In this document: in pieces, positions 9,427-18,012 of the stretch
How positions within the stretch are numbered: the first letter of the stretch is position 1
Layout: every line of letters starts with the position of its first letter
Source: a virus
Taxonomy: Duplodnaviria; Caudoviricetes
DNA: 62,410 bases
Direction: 5' to 3' (one strand)
IMG/VR virus record: IMGVR_UViG_3300013132_000053
Coordinates: 1 to 62,410 of that record
Translations under genes and position numbers: made by a program
Notes under the pieces: model-generated
What the model saw: only the letters and a program-made list of their open reading frames with translations
Told to the model about the DNA's origin: nothing
Databases searched by the model: none

Positions 9427-9668
9427 CAGAGTTCAAATGCTATAATTATTTTATTTTTTGATGTGTTTTTTGGTTTTAATTCATTTATTAACTTTACAAT
9501 TATTCCAATTTCGGTATTTGCTGGAATTGCCAATTTTATATTTTGATATGGAAACTTGTCCAATCCTGATTTTATATTTTTTATTTCAACTATATCAAAT
9601 GCATATGATGTGGGATTTCCATCATAGGCTATTTCTGTTTCATTTCCAAATGATACGGATTTTACCAT
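9426..9668 (-). CDS. Hypothetical protein
   Basis: ORF abutting neighbours in a minus-strand operon. Confidence 0.55.
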   Translation of the reverse strand: MVKSVSFGNETEIAYDGNPTSYAFDIVEIKNIKSGLDKFPYQNIKLAIPANTEIGIIVKLINELKPKNTSKNKIIIAFEL

Positions 9669-9859
9669 TGTTTTCTTGGTGGCGTAAAGTCACCCAGCAA
9701 ATTATTCCTCAATGGTTGTGTGTGTGGCGTAGTTTGTTGAGGAACCATATTTGGTCTGTTTCTTTGGTAGTTTTCAGACAATGGGGAGGGAACATTTTTG
9801 TAACGCTGTCTCAATTCACGTATGGTTTGTTCTAGAGTTTTTCCAAAATTGTTTTTCAT
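9662..9859 (-). CDS. Hypothetical protein
   Basis: Overlapping start/stop packing with both neighbours. Confidence 0.5.
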   Translation of the reverse strand: MKNNFGKTLEQTIRELRQRYKNVPSPLSENYQRNRPNMVPQQTTPHTQPLRNNLLGDFTPPRKQW

Positions 9860-10242
9860 AAAATGTTGCTATATCCTTTAAAAAGATTATCTCTGACTTT
9901 TCCATCTAATTTTCTTGACAATAAGCCAATAAGTTCTCCTTGAAGATGCGGCGGAACTTGTTTTTTCACAATTCTTCCAAGTTCAATTGCAAATTTAGCA
10001 TCTCCTTCTTTGTGGCTTATATTTGAAACGGAATCTATTATTTTTTCCAATGCTTGGACCATTTCTGTTTTCATTGGAATAGATTGATCCATAAGTACCT
10101 TTCCTATAAAAGTTCCGTCATTTGCCATTTGGCTAATAGGCTTTATTTCAGAATTTTCAAATCCAAATCCAAAATTATTAATTTTTTCCACAAGGTATAT
10201 TGAATTAAATAATTGTTTATAATCTTTATTTGTTAGTCCCAT
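9856..10242 (-). CDS. Hypothetical late protein
   Basis: Start reassigned to ATG 10242, 5 nt after TAAATA. Confidence 0.55.
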   Translation of the reverse strand: MGLTNKDYKQLFNSIYLVEKINNFGFGFENSEIKPISQMANDGTFIGKVLMDQSIPMKTEMVQALEKIIDSVSNISHKEGDAKFAIELGRIVKKQVPPHLQGELIGLLSRKLDGKVRDNLFKGYSNIL

Positions 10243-10246
10243 AGAA

Positions 10247-10263
10247 ATATTTATCATAAATAT
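10247..10263. promoter_or_regulatory. Back-to-back divergent late promoters (ATATTTAT-C-ATAAATAT)
   Basis: Palindrome giving TAAATA on both strands, each 5-7 nt from an ATG. Confidence 0.7.
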
Positions 10264-10269
10264 CTTTGT

Positions 10270-10632
10270 ATGTCATGCATTAAAGTAATATTAAATTTTC
10301 AAAACGAAATTCGCCTTCATCATTGGGGAACCCAATCATATTCTGCCCATAAAGCATTGGGCAAAGCATATGAAGGATTAGATGCTCTTTTGGACACCTT
10401 TACAGAGACTTACATAGGAGTATATGGAAGAGAAGAAATCTACTCCATAAAAGAACTTAAATTTAATGGACCAAGTGAAATAGATTGCATAAAAGTTCTG
10501 GACGCTTTTGAAGATTATCTTATTAACAACATTACAAAAGAAATTTCAAAAGATCAGACTGCTCTCTTAAATATAAGGGACGAAATACTTGGACTTGTAC
10601 AAAAAACAAAATACCTTTTGACATTGACTTAA
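10270..10632 (+). CDS. Ferritin/Dps-like four-helix protein (DUF5856-like)
   Basis: LHHWGTQSYSAHKALGKAYE...FTETYIGVYGR...NIRDEI...YLLTL. Confidence 0.7.
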   Translation: MSCIKVILNFQNEIRLHHWGTQSYSAHKALGKAYEGLDALLDTFTETYIGVYGREEIYSIKELKFNGPSEIDCIKVLDAFEDYLINNITKEISKDQTALLNIRDEILGLVQKTKYLLTLT

Positions 10633-10835
10633 TGGCAAAAAAAAGAATAAAAAACAAAAACAGAAAACCAAATGAAGATCATAGCTATTATTTTGTAGCA
10701 CACCTTGATTCTTTGGGAGAAGTAACTCCATTGCTTTTGACGGATAAAGAATTTTTACAAGCAAAAAGAAGAGCAAACAAGAACAAAGAAGATATTCCAA
10801 TAGATTTTATTGTGTTTACCCAGGCCCACAAATAA
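10632..10835 (+). CDS. Hypothetical protein
   Basis: TAATG coupling with the upstream gene. Confidence 0.6.
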   Translation: MAKKRIKNKNRKPNEDHSYYFVAHLDSLGEVTPLLLTDKEFLQAKRRANKNKEDIPIDFIVFTQAHK

Positions 10836-10845
10836 GGAGTTAGAT

Positions 10846-11214
10846 ATGAAAATTCATGAGCTGGTATACGAGATTCGCCAATTAGCTCGCAAAGAAGAAG
10901 ATCCTGTCAAAAAGGATCTTTTTTATCAAAGTGCAAAAACTATGGAAATACTTGGAAATCTTGCCAAAGTATCAGATTTGGCTGTTGCTGAGTACAAACA
11001 TTCCAAAGACCACAATACAATAGAATTAAATGATAACGTAAAACATTATATTGATTCTGTAACTTTAGATATGTTGGATGAGCATATAGATGCACTTCTT
11101 CACTATAAATTTATTTCCAAAGATGATCGATGGCCTTATGGAAATAATGGAATTGTAAAGTTTACTCCAAAATACCTAAAATCTCAAATCGTAAAAGATT
11201 CAAGCATTGAATAA
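10846..11214 (+). CDS. Hypothetical protein
   Basis: AAGGAG SD before ATG 10846. Confidence 0.6.
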   Translation: MKIHELVYEIRQLARKEEDPVKKDLFYQSAKTMEILGNLAKVSDLAVAEYKHSKDHNTIELNDNVKHYIDSVTLDMLDEHIDALLHYKFISKDDRWPYGNNGIVKFTPKYLKSQIVKDSSIE

Positions 11215-11783
11215 ACCTTTGGTGGTATTGATCTGTGGCTAAGAACTGCCATGTTTGATGGCATTATCTTGAGCACATTTTTGCTAAAGTATGGACTTTT
11301 TCTATAAGTACCATATTTGCGAGTTTTTTCCATCATAAAATGGCTGTAAATATAGCAATGTGCTCTTTTTACATACAATTTTTTATCAATATTAAGATTA
11401 AATTTGTCTATTAACTTTACTGCTCGTTTTTCACAATCTCTCTCCATTGCCCGAACAAGCAAAAATGCTCGTTTTAGCGTCTTTGGATCATAATTTTTTC
11501 CAGAAAACCAATTTTCTACAATAAGTGCAGCTTTATCAGATTTTTTATAAATTTTAACTTGATTGATATACTGTAAAAAGTGTGCGTATTCATGCACCAA
11601 AGTTTGGAAAAAATATTGATTATTCCCGGCTATCCGAATAATTTTTTCAAATTCACTAAAATATCCCTCACAACGAGAATTTCCGGAATTTACAAATTTT
11701 CCACGTCCTATGACAAGTTTCATTCCGTATTCTGCAAGATGTTTTTTTACAAATCTTACAAACTGATGGTCGGTTTTTGCCAT
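11184..11783 (-). CDS. Zincin-like HExxH protein (putative metallopeptidase)
   Basis: HEYAH with a downstream E (MERDC); GAGGAGG SD before ATG 11783; TAAATA at 11805-11810. Confidence 0.6.
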   Translation of the reverse strand: MAKTDHQFVRFVKKHLAEYGMKLVIGRGKFVNSGNSRCEGYFSEFEKIIRIAGNNQYFFQTLVHEYAHFLQYINQVKIYKKSDKAALIVENWFSGKNYDPKTLKRAFLLVRAMERDCEKRAVKLIDKFNLNIDKKLYVKRAHCYIYSHFMMEKTRKYGTYRKSPYFSKNVLKIMPSNMAVLSHRSIPPKVYSMLESFTI

Positions 11784-11819
11784 AGCAGCCTCCTCAGTCA
11801 ACATTATTTAGGTAATTGC

Positions 11820-11847
11820 TTGACAGTCAAGTATTAAGTGCTAGTAT
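11820..11847 (+). promoter_or_regulatory. sigma70-type promoter TTGACA-N16-TAGTAT with TGn extension
   Basis: Directly upstream of ORF 11879. Confidence 0.7.
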
Positions 11848-11878
11848 ATAGCAACTTCTTATAAGAAAGGAAAGTTAT

Positions 11879-12115
11879 ATGGAAATTACTACAGTTGACC
11901 GTCCGACAATGATTCAGAGAGTGTTTGATTACATGAAGGGTGGTAACACTCTTACTGCTGGCCAAGCTCGTAAGCTGTTCCGAGTCAGCAACATGCGTGC
12001 TACCATGCACGATCTTCGTGAGGCATTTGATCGCCTTGATGTTAACTACACCGTAGTTCGTGAGATTCGAAACGGTCGGTCATACTACCGCATTGCTCGT
12101 AATCGCAGTCGGTAA
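11879..12115 (+). CDS. Small winged-helix/HTH DNA-binding protein
   Basis: TLTAGQARKLFRVSNMRATMHDLR HTH-like pattern with basic wing; GAAAGGA SD; own promoter and terminator. Confidence 0.6.
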   Translation: MEITTVDRPTMIQRVFDYMKGGNTLTAGQARKLFRVSNMRATMHDLREAFDRLDVNYTVVREIRNGRSYYRIARNRSR

Positions 12116-12138
12116 TTACAATTTGGTTTGAGGAATAG

Positions 12139-12168
12139 TGAAAACTCCCACGAAAGTGGGAGTTTTCA
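12139..12168. terminator. Bidirectional intrinsic terminator
   Basis: 13-bp perfect stem tgaaaactcccac-GAAA-gtgggagttttca between convergent genes. Confidence 0.85.
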
Positions 12169-12169
12169 T

Positions 12170-13474
12170 TTATGCTATTGTTACTTTGAGGCTTATTGTA
12201 TTTGGGCCAACCAATTCAATATAAAGTATTCTTGGACTTGTCTGCGTCTTTGTATATATTAAACTTGATTGGTCGAATCCGGGAACGCCTATTAAATACA
12301 AATCTTTTATTACGGGTATTGTTTTGGCCGAATCACTATAAATATCTACATCAAATCCCTTTAAGGTTGGATGGCTAAGATCAATTTTTATTCCATTGTC
12401 TATTGTAAAATTCATCTCAGTTATTGGTGTTATGTTGTCATTCCCATAATAATTTGACTTTAATATGTAACTGTAAGTCAAAACTATGTTTCCATTTCCG
12501 TCTAAATTACCAAAAGTCTGTTCTTCCACCAATAAAAATACGGCAGCATCATATACTATTGATTTATCGGCCAAAGAACCATTGAAACCATTATCTGTCA
12601 ATCTTGAACAAAACAAACATGGAACCCATTGGGTGGTATATGTTGATGATTCATATTGACTTCTAAGGAATGCCTGCAACTGGTTTTGATTCTCAAAACA
12701 TTGTATTTGATTTCCATTTGCATCGTATACAACATAGCATCCAAGGTTTTTTCTGCTTTTAGACAAAATTTCAGGATTTGCATCTCCACGAAGGTAATGA
12801 GTTAAGGTTATATTATTGGTAGATAAATTTTCATCTGATAATGCTACCGTGGTATATGCTATTTCTCTGTTGTCTTTTAATTTTAATACTGAATTTATTT
12901 TAAGTTTTCCTGTATTCAGTGTGCTTCCACTTATTTCAGTATATTCTTCTTTTCCAAATTCAGATCCAACCAATCCTAAATTTAACAATGATTTGCCTGG
13001 ATTGGTGGTAAGATTATTTTCTATGTAATTTGATGAAGTAGTTCCGCCAGTATAAGATGTAGAATATTGTGGGGAATCTATAAAATTTGATTTATTATAA
13101 AATTTATAGTTTGTAGAATAGGTAAATCCAGAAACAATTTGACCTATTACCAATTTATTGCTAGCAGTTAAATTTTCAAAAGAAAATACTCCAGAAGTAT
13201 CAACTGTATAATTGTACAGTGGATCATAATAATTTCCTTGGGAAAAGGAAAATGTTGTTCCTACTGGAGTGGATTTAAATAGTTTTATGAGATAAGTTAA
13301 ATCTGAAATGTTATTTGTGTCCGTATAATCAATAAAACAACTTGATCCAATTACGGATAAATTTGGTTTTGATGACATATATCCCTGCGTCAAACATGGA
13401 TCATATGTTGAACCATAGATTTTTATGCCATAATTTGATAGAGCTTTACTGGCATTTAGGACATACGAAGGCAT
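12170..13474 (-). CDS. Putative virion structural protein
   Basis: 434 aa, S/T/N/Y-rich beta-type composition; co-transcribed with 13476-14423. Confidence 0.55.
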   Translation of the reverse strand: MPSYVLNASKALSNYGIKIYGSTYDPCLTQGYMSSKPNLSVIGSSCFIDYTDTNNISDLTYLIKLFKSTPVGTTFSFSQGNYYDPLYNYTVDTSGVFSFENLTASNKLVIGQIVSGFTYSTNYKFYNKSNFIDSPQYSTSYTGGTTSSNYIENNLTTNPGKSLLNLGLVGSEFGKEEYTEISGSTLNTGKLKINSVLKLKDNREIAYTTVALSDENLSTNNITLTHYLRGDANPEILSKSRKNLGCYVVYDANGNQIQCFENQNQLQAFLRSQYESSTYTTQWVPCLFCSRLTDNGFNGSLADKSIVYDAAVFLLVEEQTFGNLDGNGNIVLTYSYILKSNYYGNDNITPITEMNFTIDNGIKIDLSHPTLKGFDVDIYSDSAKTIPVIKDLYLIGVPGFDQSSLIYTKTQTSPRILYIELVGPNTISLKVTIA

Positions 13475-13475
13475 G

Positions 13476-14423
13476 TTATGAGGCCATATATGTTATGGTT
13501 TGGGTTCCTGTATTTGAAATTGCAAAAACTGTGTTAGTATTTTGAATATCAAGGAAAACATTTTCTCCAGGATCCAGGGCATATCCAAATGAAGATCCTA
13601 CCAAGGCAGAAGTATTACCTAAGTATATAAAATCTGTATTGGTTGAAAGTGCTCTAATATTGATTCCGGCTAGGCAAGTAAATCCAGAAGAATCCATTTG
13701 TAATACCGCAGCGGAAGTTGGAGCAACTTTTCCTGTCTTAAATGAAGTTGGACGGCCAACGCCAAGTGCTGAAAAATCACTTCTTAAACCTACTATTTGA
13801 GAATAGATGTCCGTGATTCCGGTGGTTATTGTGGTATTGTTTATCCAAACAGTGTTTCCAACGGTTACGTTGACCGCTGTGGCACCCGAAAGCCCAACGA
13901 CAGTGACAGTAGATGGGATCGTAGCTTCGAATGTAGCGCCTGTAATGGCAACCTTGAGGGCATCTCCTTGGGTTCCTATGCTCCATCCAGTTGATCCTAC
14001 CAATTTTACGAAGAATGAAGTAGCTCCTGAAGGTCCATAAGCGGATACTGAATCTGATGTGGTGTAAAGTCTTCCTCCGGTTATTTCAACTTGAGATCCG
14101 GTAAAAGTTTTTACGTATACCGGTGAACCAGTGGATCCGGTCGCAATTACGGTTCCGCTTACTGGAAGTGGGTATCCCCCGCCAGTTCCCTGTACGGAAA
14201 TTACTCCACTGAAACCGCTAATGTTGGCTGTTAGCCCACCAGAAACAGTTACTGGATATGGATTTGATGAAGATACCAAACTTGCTGTTCCGGTCACACC
14301 ATAAGCCAGCTTGAAGATTTGATAGTGTGCTGTTATTCCGCTAAACTGAGCAACGTCTGTTGCTACTGCTGCAGTTAAACCGGAAGTTTCAATAATAATG
14401 TTTGGGTCGTTGTCTGCTGCCAT
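13476..14423 (-). CDS. Putative virion structural protein, G/S/T-rich
   Basis: 315 aa with 13 G-x-T motifs; TAAATA at 14450-14455. Confidence 0.6.
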   Translation of the reverse strand: MAADNDPNIIIETSGLTAAVATDVAQFSGITAHYQIFKLAYGVTGTASLVSSSNPYPVTVSGGLTANISGFSGVISVQGTGGGYPLPVSGTVIATGSTGSPVYVKTFTGSQVEITGGRLYTTSDSVSAYGPSGATSFFVKLVGSTGWSIGTQGDALKVAITGATFEATIPSTVTVVGLSGATAVNVTVGNTVWINNTTITTGITDIYSQIVGLRSDFSALGVGRPTSFKTGKVAPTSAAVLQMDSSGFTCLAGINIRALSTNTDFIYLGNTSALVGSSFGYALDPGENVFLDIQNTNTVFAISNTGTQTITYMAS

Positions 14424-14469
14424 GATTATTCCTATAAATAGTTCTAGAATATTTAGCTAGGTTAAATTA

Positions 14470-14497
14470 TTGATTTATCTATTAGTTATGTTAATAT
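14470..14497 (+). promoter_or_regulatory. sigma70-type promoter TTGATT-N16-TAATAT with TGn extension
   Basis: Upstream of gene 33. Confidence 0.5.
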
Positions 14498-14512
14498 ATT
14501 AAAGAGATTAAA

Positions 14513-14746
14513 ATGTATATAGACGAAACAGCAAAAGAAAAATTTTCCGCAAAAATATTAGAAAGAGTGGAAAAAACAAAATTATCCTTCATGGATTGCG
14601 TTTTGGAATTAAGTGAAGAGATGACTTTAGATCCAATTGCTGCAGGAAAATTACTCACAAAACCAATAATAGAAAAAATAGAACAAGAAGCAAAAAATTT
14701 GAAGATGCTTAAATCAAAAAAAACAAGCAGACTTCCAATTGACTAA
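14513..14746 (+). CDS. 33: Late-transcription coactivator gp33
   Basis: FSAKI...SFMDCVL...KLLTKPIIEKIEQEA...LP; directly before gene 32. Confidence 0.85.
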   Translation: MYIDETAKEKFSAKILERVEKTKLSFMDCVLELSEEMTLDPIAAGKLLTKPIIEKIEQEAKNLKMLKSKKTSRLPID

Positions 14747-14766
14747 TAGCGTTTGAACTATATAAT
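14739..14766 (+). promoter_or_regulatory. sigma70-type promoter TTGACT-N16-TATAAT for gene 32
   Basis: Near-consensus hexamers. Confidence 0.75.
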
Positions 14767-14805
14767 ACAAACAGAAAGGCCGAGGTAGATCCTCGGGAAA
14801 TTATT

Positions 14806-15660
14806 ATGCCAAATTTTTCAGATTTTAAGAAGAAGAGTAAAAATTCAGTATCAATCCTAACAGAACGCCTTGAAAAGATGTCTTCAAAGGACAATTACAA
14901 GGATGAGAGGATCTGGAAGCCAGGAATTGATAAAGCAGGAAACGGATATGCAGTTATTCGTTTTCTTCCTGAGATTGATGGTGAAGATACACCATTTGTT
15001 TCCGTGTACAGCCATACTTTCAAGGGCAAGGGTGGATGGCTTTATGAGAACTGTCCAACCACGATTGGAGAAAAATGCCCTGTCTGCGCTGCAAACAGCG
15101 AACTTTGGAATAGTGGAATTGAGGATGACAAAAACATTGCCAGAAATAGAAAGCGAAAGCTTACCTATATCTCAAATGTTCTTGTAATTGAAGATCCAGC
15201 CAATCCTGAGAACAAGGGAAAAGTTTTCCTTTATCAGTATGGTACAAAGATCTTTCAGAAGATTCAGAGTCTCGCTCATCCAGAATTCCAGGATGAGGTT
15301 GCAGTGGATCCTTTCAATTTCTGGACTGGTGCAGACTTTAAGATCAAAATCAGAAATGTTGGTGGATATACCAACTATGATCGTTCTGAGTTTGCCACTC
15401 CAGCCCCATTGTTTGGTGGGGATGATAAAAAGCTTGAGGAGCTTTGGAAGAAGCAACATCCCCTTAAGCCATTTATCGATAAGAGTGAGTTCAAGAGTTT
15501 TGACGAATTGAGCGCAAGATTCAAGAAGGCAATCGGTGATGATATTCGTGCACAGTTTGCCGAGTCCAAGAGCATCGAAGATGATGTTCAGGAAACTTTG
15601 CCTACTGAAGCAGAGGAAAAAGATCCTTTGCAATATTTCAGTGAAATGGAGAATGAATAA
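14806..15660 (+). CDS. 32: Single-stranded DNA-binding protein gp32
   Basis: DERIWKP..DKAGNGYAVIRFLP, ENCPTT..KCPVC, acidic C-terminus. Confidence 0.95.
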   Translation: MPNFSDFKKKSKNSVSILTERLEKMSSKDNYKDERIWKPGIDKAGNGYAVIRFLPEIDGEDTPFVSVYSHTFKGKGGWLYENCPTTIGEKCPVCAANSELWNSGIEDDKNIARNRKRKLTYISNVLVIEDPANPENKGKVFLYQYGTKIFQKIQSLAHPEFQDEVAVDPFNFWTGADFKIKIRNVGGYTNYDRSEFATPAPLFGGDDKKLEELWKKQHPLKPFIDKSEFKSFDELSARFKKAIGDDIRAQFAESKSIEDDVQETLPTEAEEKDPLQYFSEMENE

Positions 15661-15687
15661 AAAAAGCCCCGAAAGGGGCTTTTTTTT
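15659..15687. terminator. Bidirectional intrinsic terminator
   Basis: A-tract-gcccc-GAAA-ggggc-T-tract between convergent genes. Confidence 0.9.
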
Positions 15688-16135
15688 ATGACCATTTAAA
15701 TTTGTGAGTAAGTTTATTTAATTCTGCATCAAAAAACAAATCAGCAACGTTTGTCTGTCGGTTTTCCGTGTACATCCTGGGATCTTTATCAGAGTTAAGC
15801 AATCCGTTTACAGAACCAGCCAAATTTGTTATGGTTGGCATAACAGTGCCGGTTATTGCACTTTCCATCATTTTTATTTTTTGTTCTAAAATTTCTTTAC
15901 TCTTGTCTGGTGCCTTTTTTAACAAATCCTGATCTTTTTTTTCTTTTTGAGTTTGTATCAATTCTTGCATCGTAGTTTCTTGTGACAGCAAAGAAACAAA
16001 CTCTTCTTTTGTTATTTGCACTTTTGATATGCTATTGTTTGCCTTTTGCGTTGATGGCAAAAAGTCTTCATTATTCAACAAATAATTGAAGTTTATCTTT
16101 TCAGTTTCTATTTTGTCTTTTTTTTCGTTTTCCAT
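15686..16135 (-). CDS. Hypothetical helical protein at the usual tape-measure position
   Basis: 149 aa; start overlaps the gp51 stop (TGATG). Confidence 0.55.
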   Translation of the reverse strand: MENEKKDKIETEKINFNYLLNNEDFLPSTQKANNSISKVQITKEEFVSLLSQETTMQELIQTQKEKKDQDLLKKAPDKSKEILEQKIKMMESAITGTVMPTITNLAGSVNGLLNSDKDPRMYTENRQTNVADLFFDAELNKLTHKFKWS

Positions 16136-16326
16136 CAGAATATGTTTCCATTAGTCATATTTTTTTCATTCTGTATTCTTTTTTCTTCTATAAGCAAATT
16201 TATGTATATTTCTCTTTCCCAATAAAGCATATTTTCTATGTCAACCAATGACCAATTATTAGAATTAATTAATGAAAAATTTGTTTTATAATAGTCAACC
16301 AAATCTAAAAAGTTTGACGTAATGTA
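16135..16326 (-). CDS. 51: Baseplate hub assembly chaperone gp51-like segment, probably reached by a -1 frameshift from gene 26
   Basis: Manual translation YITSNFLDLVDYYKTNFSLINSNNWSLVDIENMLYWEREIYINLLIEE matches the recalled gp51 pattern YYKTNF...ENM..WERxIY; missing from the ORF track. Confidence 0.75.
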   Translation of the reverse strand, partial: YITSNFLDLVDYYKTNFSLINSNNWSLVDIENMLYWEREIYINLLIEEKRIQNEKNMTNGNIF

Positions 16327-16976
16327 AAAAAATTTAGGGTACCAGATACCTCCTTTTCACCTTCAGATGTCTGAAGTGTTACGTATAATTCTGGTTGCTT
16401 TGTGAATACGTCCTCCATTTTTTTAAGGAATGAATATGGAAGGTTTTCAATTAGATCTTTTATTTTTTCAGGAACAAACTTGTTTATATCGTAAATTTCG
16501 TTTCCAACTTTTATTTCTTTTATGTATTTTTTGATTACAGAAAATTTATCATCAAAATCCAATCCAATCAAATCTTTTATTTTTGGAGTCTTTATTCTAA
16601 CAATAACCTTGTCCGTTATTCTGTGTTCTTCATCATAAAAATTATTTCTAAATTGTATTTCATTTACATTAAATTTTACTGATTCATTGTTGTATTTCAA
16701 ACCCACAGATTCCCCTACGCTTTTTCCCCGCATCTGCAGAAAAAGATATTCGGCATCAGCCAAACAAAGGTTGTTTATGTCTGCATCCTTTGCATTTGCC
16801 TTTAGCAATTCAACCATGGCCTGAAAGGATATTTTTTTATTTTCTTCCTGAAGAATTATAGTCAAATTTTTTACATCTTTTACTTTAAATGGACTATATG
16901 CAACAGTCTTTTTTGCAAATGGTAGAATGCATTCATACACAGGAACCAATAAATTTTTAATTTCTTCAATTTCCAT
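16305..16976 (-). CDS. 26: Baseplate hub assembly protein gp26
   Basis: PVYECILP...PFKVKD...DAEYLFLQMRGKSVGE...GTLNFF. Confidence 0.85.
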   Translation of the reverse strand: MEIEEIKNLLVPVYECILPFAKKTVAYSPFKVKDVKNLTIILQEENKKISFQAMVELLKANAKDADINNLCLADAEYLFLQMRGKSVGESVGLKYNNESVKFNVNEIQFRNNFYDEEHRITDKVIVRIKTPKIKDLIGLDFDDKFSVIKKYIKEIKVGNEIYDINKFVPEKIKDLIENLPYSFLKKMEDVFTKQPELYVTLQTSEGEKEVSGTLNFFTLRQTF

Positions 16977-16986
16977 AATATATCAC

Positions 16987-17568
16987 TCAATTAAAAGTGT
17001 GGTTGTATTCTCTAAATCCAAATGTTACTGGATATTTTAAATATTTATCCACCAATCCCATATTAAACTCCATTGGTTGTGTTTCAACCGGAAATACTTC
17101 ATAGAACATCATGGTGCTGTTTGCATTACCATTTGGATCCAATATATCTAGCTGGAGAGTCACAGGTCTAACGGCAATATCATAATATTGCAAAACTGTT
17201 GGAGGTCTGTTTTCAAAGGGAGGTGATGCTGGTCCTCTATAGAAATAATTAAACCAGCTATTGAATAACTGCAATATGTAATTGTCATTTGTTACTGGAA
17301 AAACTATTTGAAGGCCAAATCCTGCGGCCAACACATCTTGACTTCTTGGGACAAATCTACCACCACCAAGACCAATCATTCCATCTCTTATTGTAGATAT
17401 TGATCTTGGCCCAACTATTACTTGTTCTGCCTGAAGATCTGGATTTGTGGACCATATAGCAACTGGAAGGCCAGTAATGTATACCTTAAACCTATTCTGC
17501 AACTGAACACCATTATGTGTTGCAAAATATGTTTTTATATTATCAATTGAATTGAGATTAGTTGGCAT
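16987..17568 (-). CDS. Baseplate tail-tube initiator (gp54-like, tube fold)
   Basis: NRFKV...FNSW...YYD...EVFP...VTFGFR tube-like pattern; located between genes 4 and 26. Confidence 0.55.
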   Translation of the reverse strand: MPTNLNSIDNIKTYFATHNGVQLQNRFKVYITGLPVAIWSTNPDLQAEQVIVGPRSISTIRDGMIGLGGGRFVPRSQDVLAAGFGLQIVFPVTNDNYILQLFNSWFNYFYRGPASPPFENRPPTVLQYYDIAVRPVTLQLDILDPNGNANSTMMFYEVFPVETQPMEFNMGLVDKYLKYPVTFGFREYNHTFN

Positions 17569-17980
17569 TTGTGAATAATTCTTTTTCTGTTAATATTTTA
17601 AACTCTATGTTGTTTTTGCTGCAATAAATTTTTGCAGCTGCCCATTTTGCGCTATTTGTTATCCAAACCATTTTTTCTTTTTTAGAGGCATTTTCTCTTA
17701 ACATTGTCTGTTTTTTTGGTTTTACCTCTATCATCCACGACTTTATTTCCTTGCCATCATTAAATTTTACTAAAAAATCTGGATAGTAGTTATGGATTTT
17801 TTTATCAAGTGGGTTTGTATATGGTATGGCCACTTCCTCAAATGCCCATTTAAGTATGCTTTTATTTTCATCCAAAAATTTGCATAATCTACGTTCCCAC
17901 AAAGAACGACAAAGTATTTTTGTGTGGTCTCCTACGTATTTTTGAATATTTTGGGGTTTGAATAAAGTTTTGTAGGCCAT
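17558..17980 (-). CDS. 4: Head completion nuclease gp4 (TnsA-like)
   Basis: KYVGD...RSLWERR...EE..IPY...YYPDF...IEVKPKKQT...NSAKW.AA...LTEKEL. Confidence 0.9.
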   Translation of the reverse strand: MAYKTLFKPQNIQKYVGDHTKILCRSLWERRLCKFLDENKSILKWAFEEVAIPYTNPLDKKIHNYYPDFLVKFNDGKEIKSWMIEVKPKKQTMLRENASKKEKMVWITNSAKWAAAKIYCSKNNIEFKILTEKELFTNAN

Positions 17981-17986
17981 TAAAAT

Positions 17987-18006
17987 TATTTATGAAAGTA
18001 TAAATA
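17987..18006. promoter_or_regulatory. Divergent late promoters (TAAATA on minus 17987-17992; TATAAATA on plus 17999-18006)
   Basis: Each lies 6 nt before an ATG (17980 and 18013). Confidence 0.75.
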
Positions 18007-18012
18007 TTTTTA

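Noticed and set aside
17558-17980. TnsA-like nuclease as evidence of a Tn7 transposon
   Set aside because: It is the conserved T4 gp4 head-completion protein in its normal context; no tnsB/tnsC or terminal repeats
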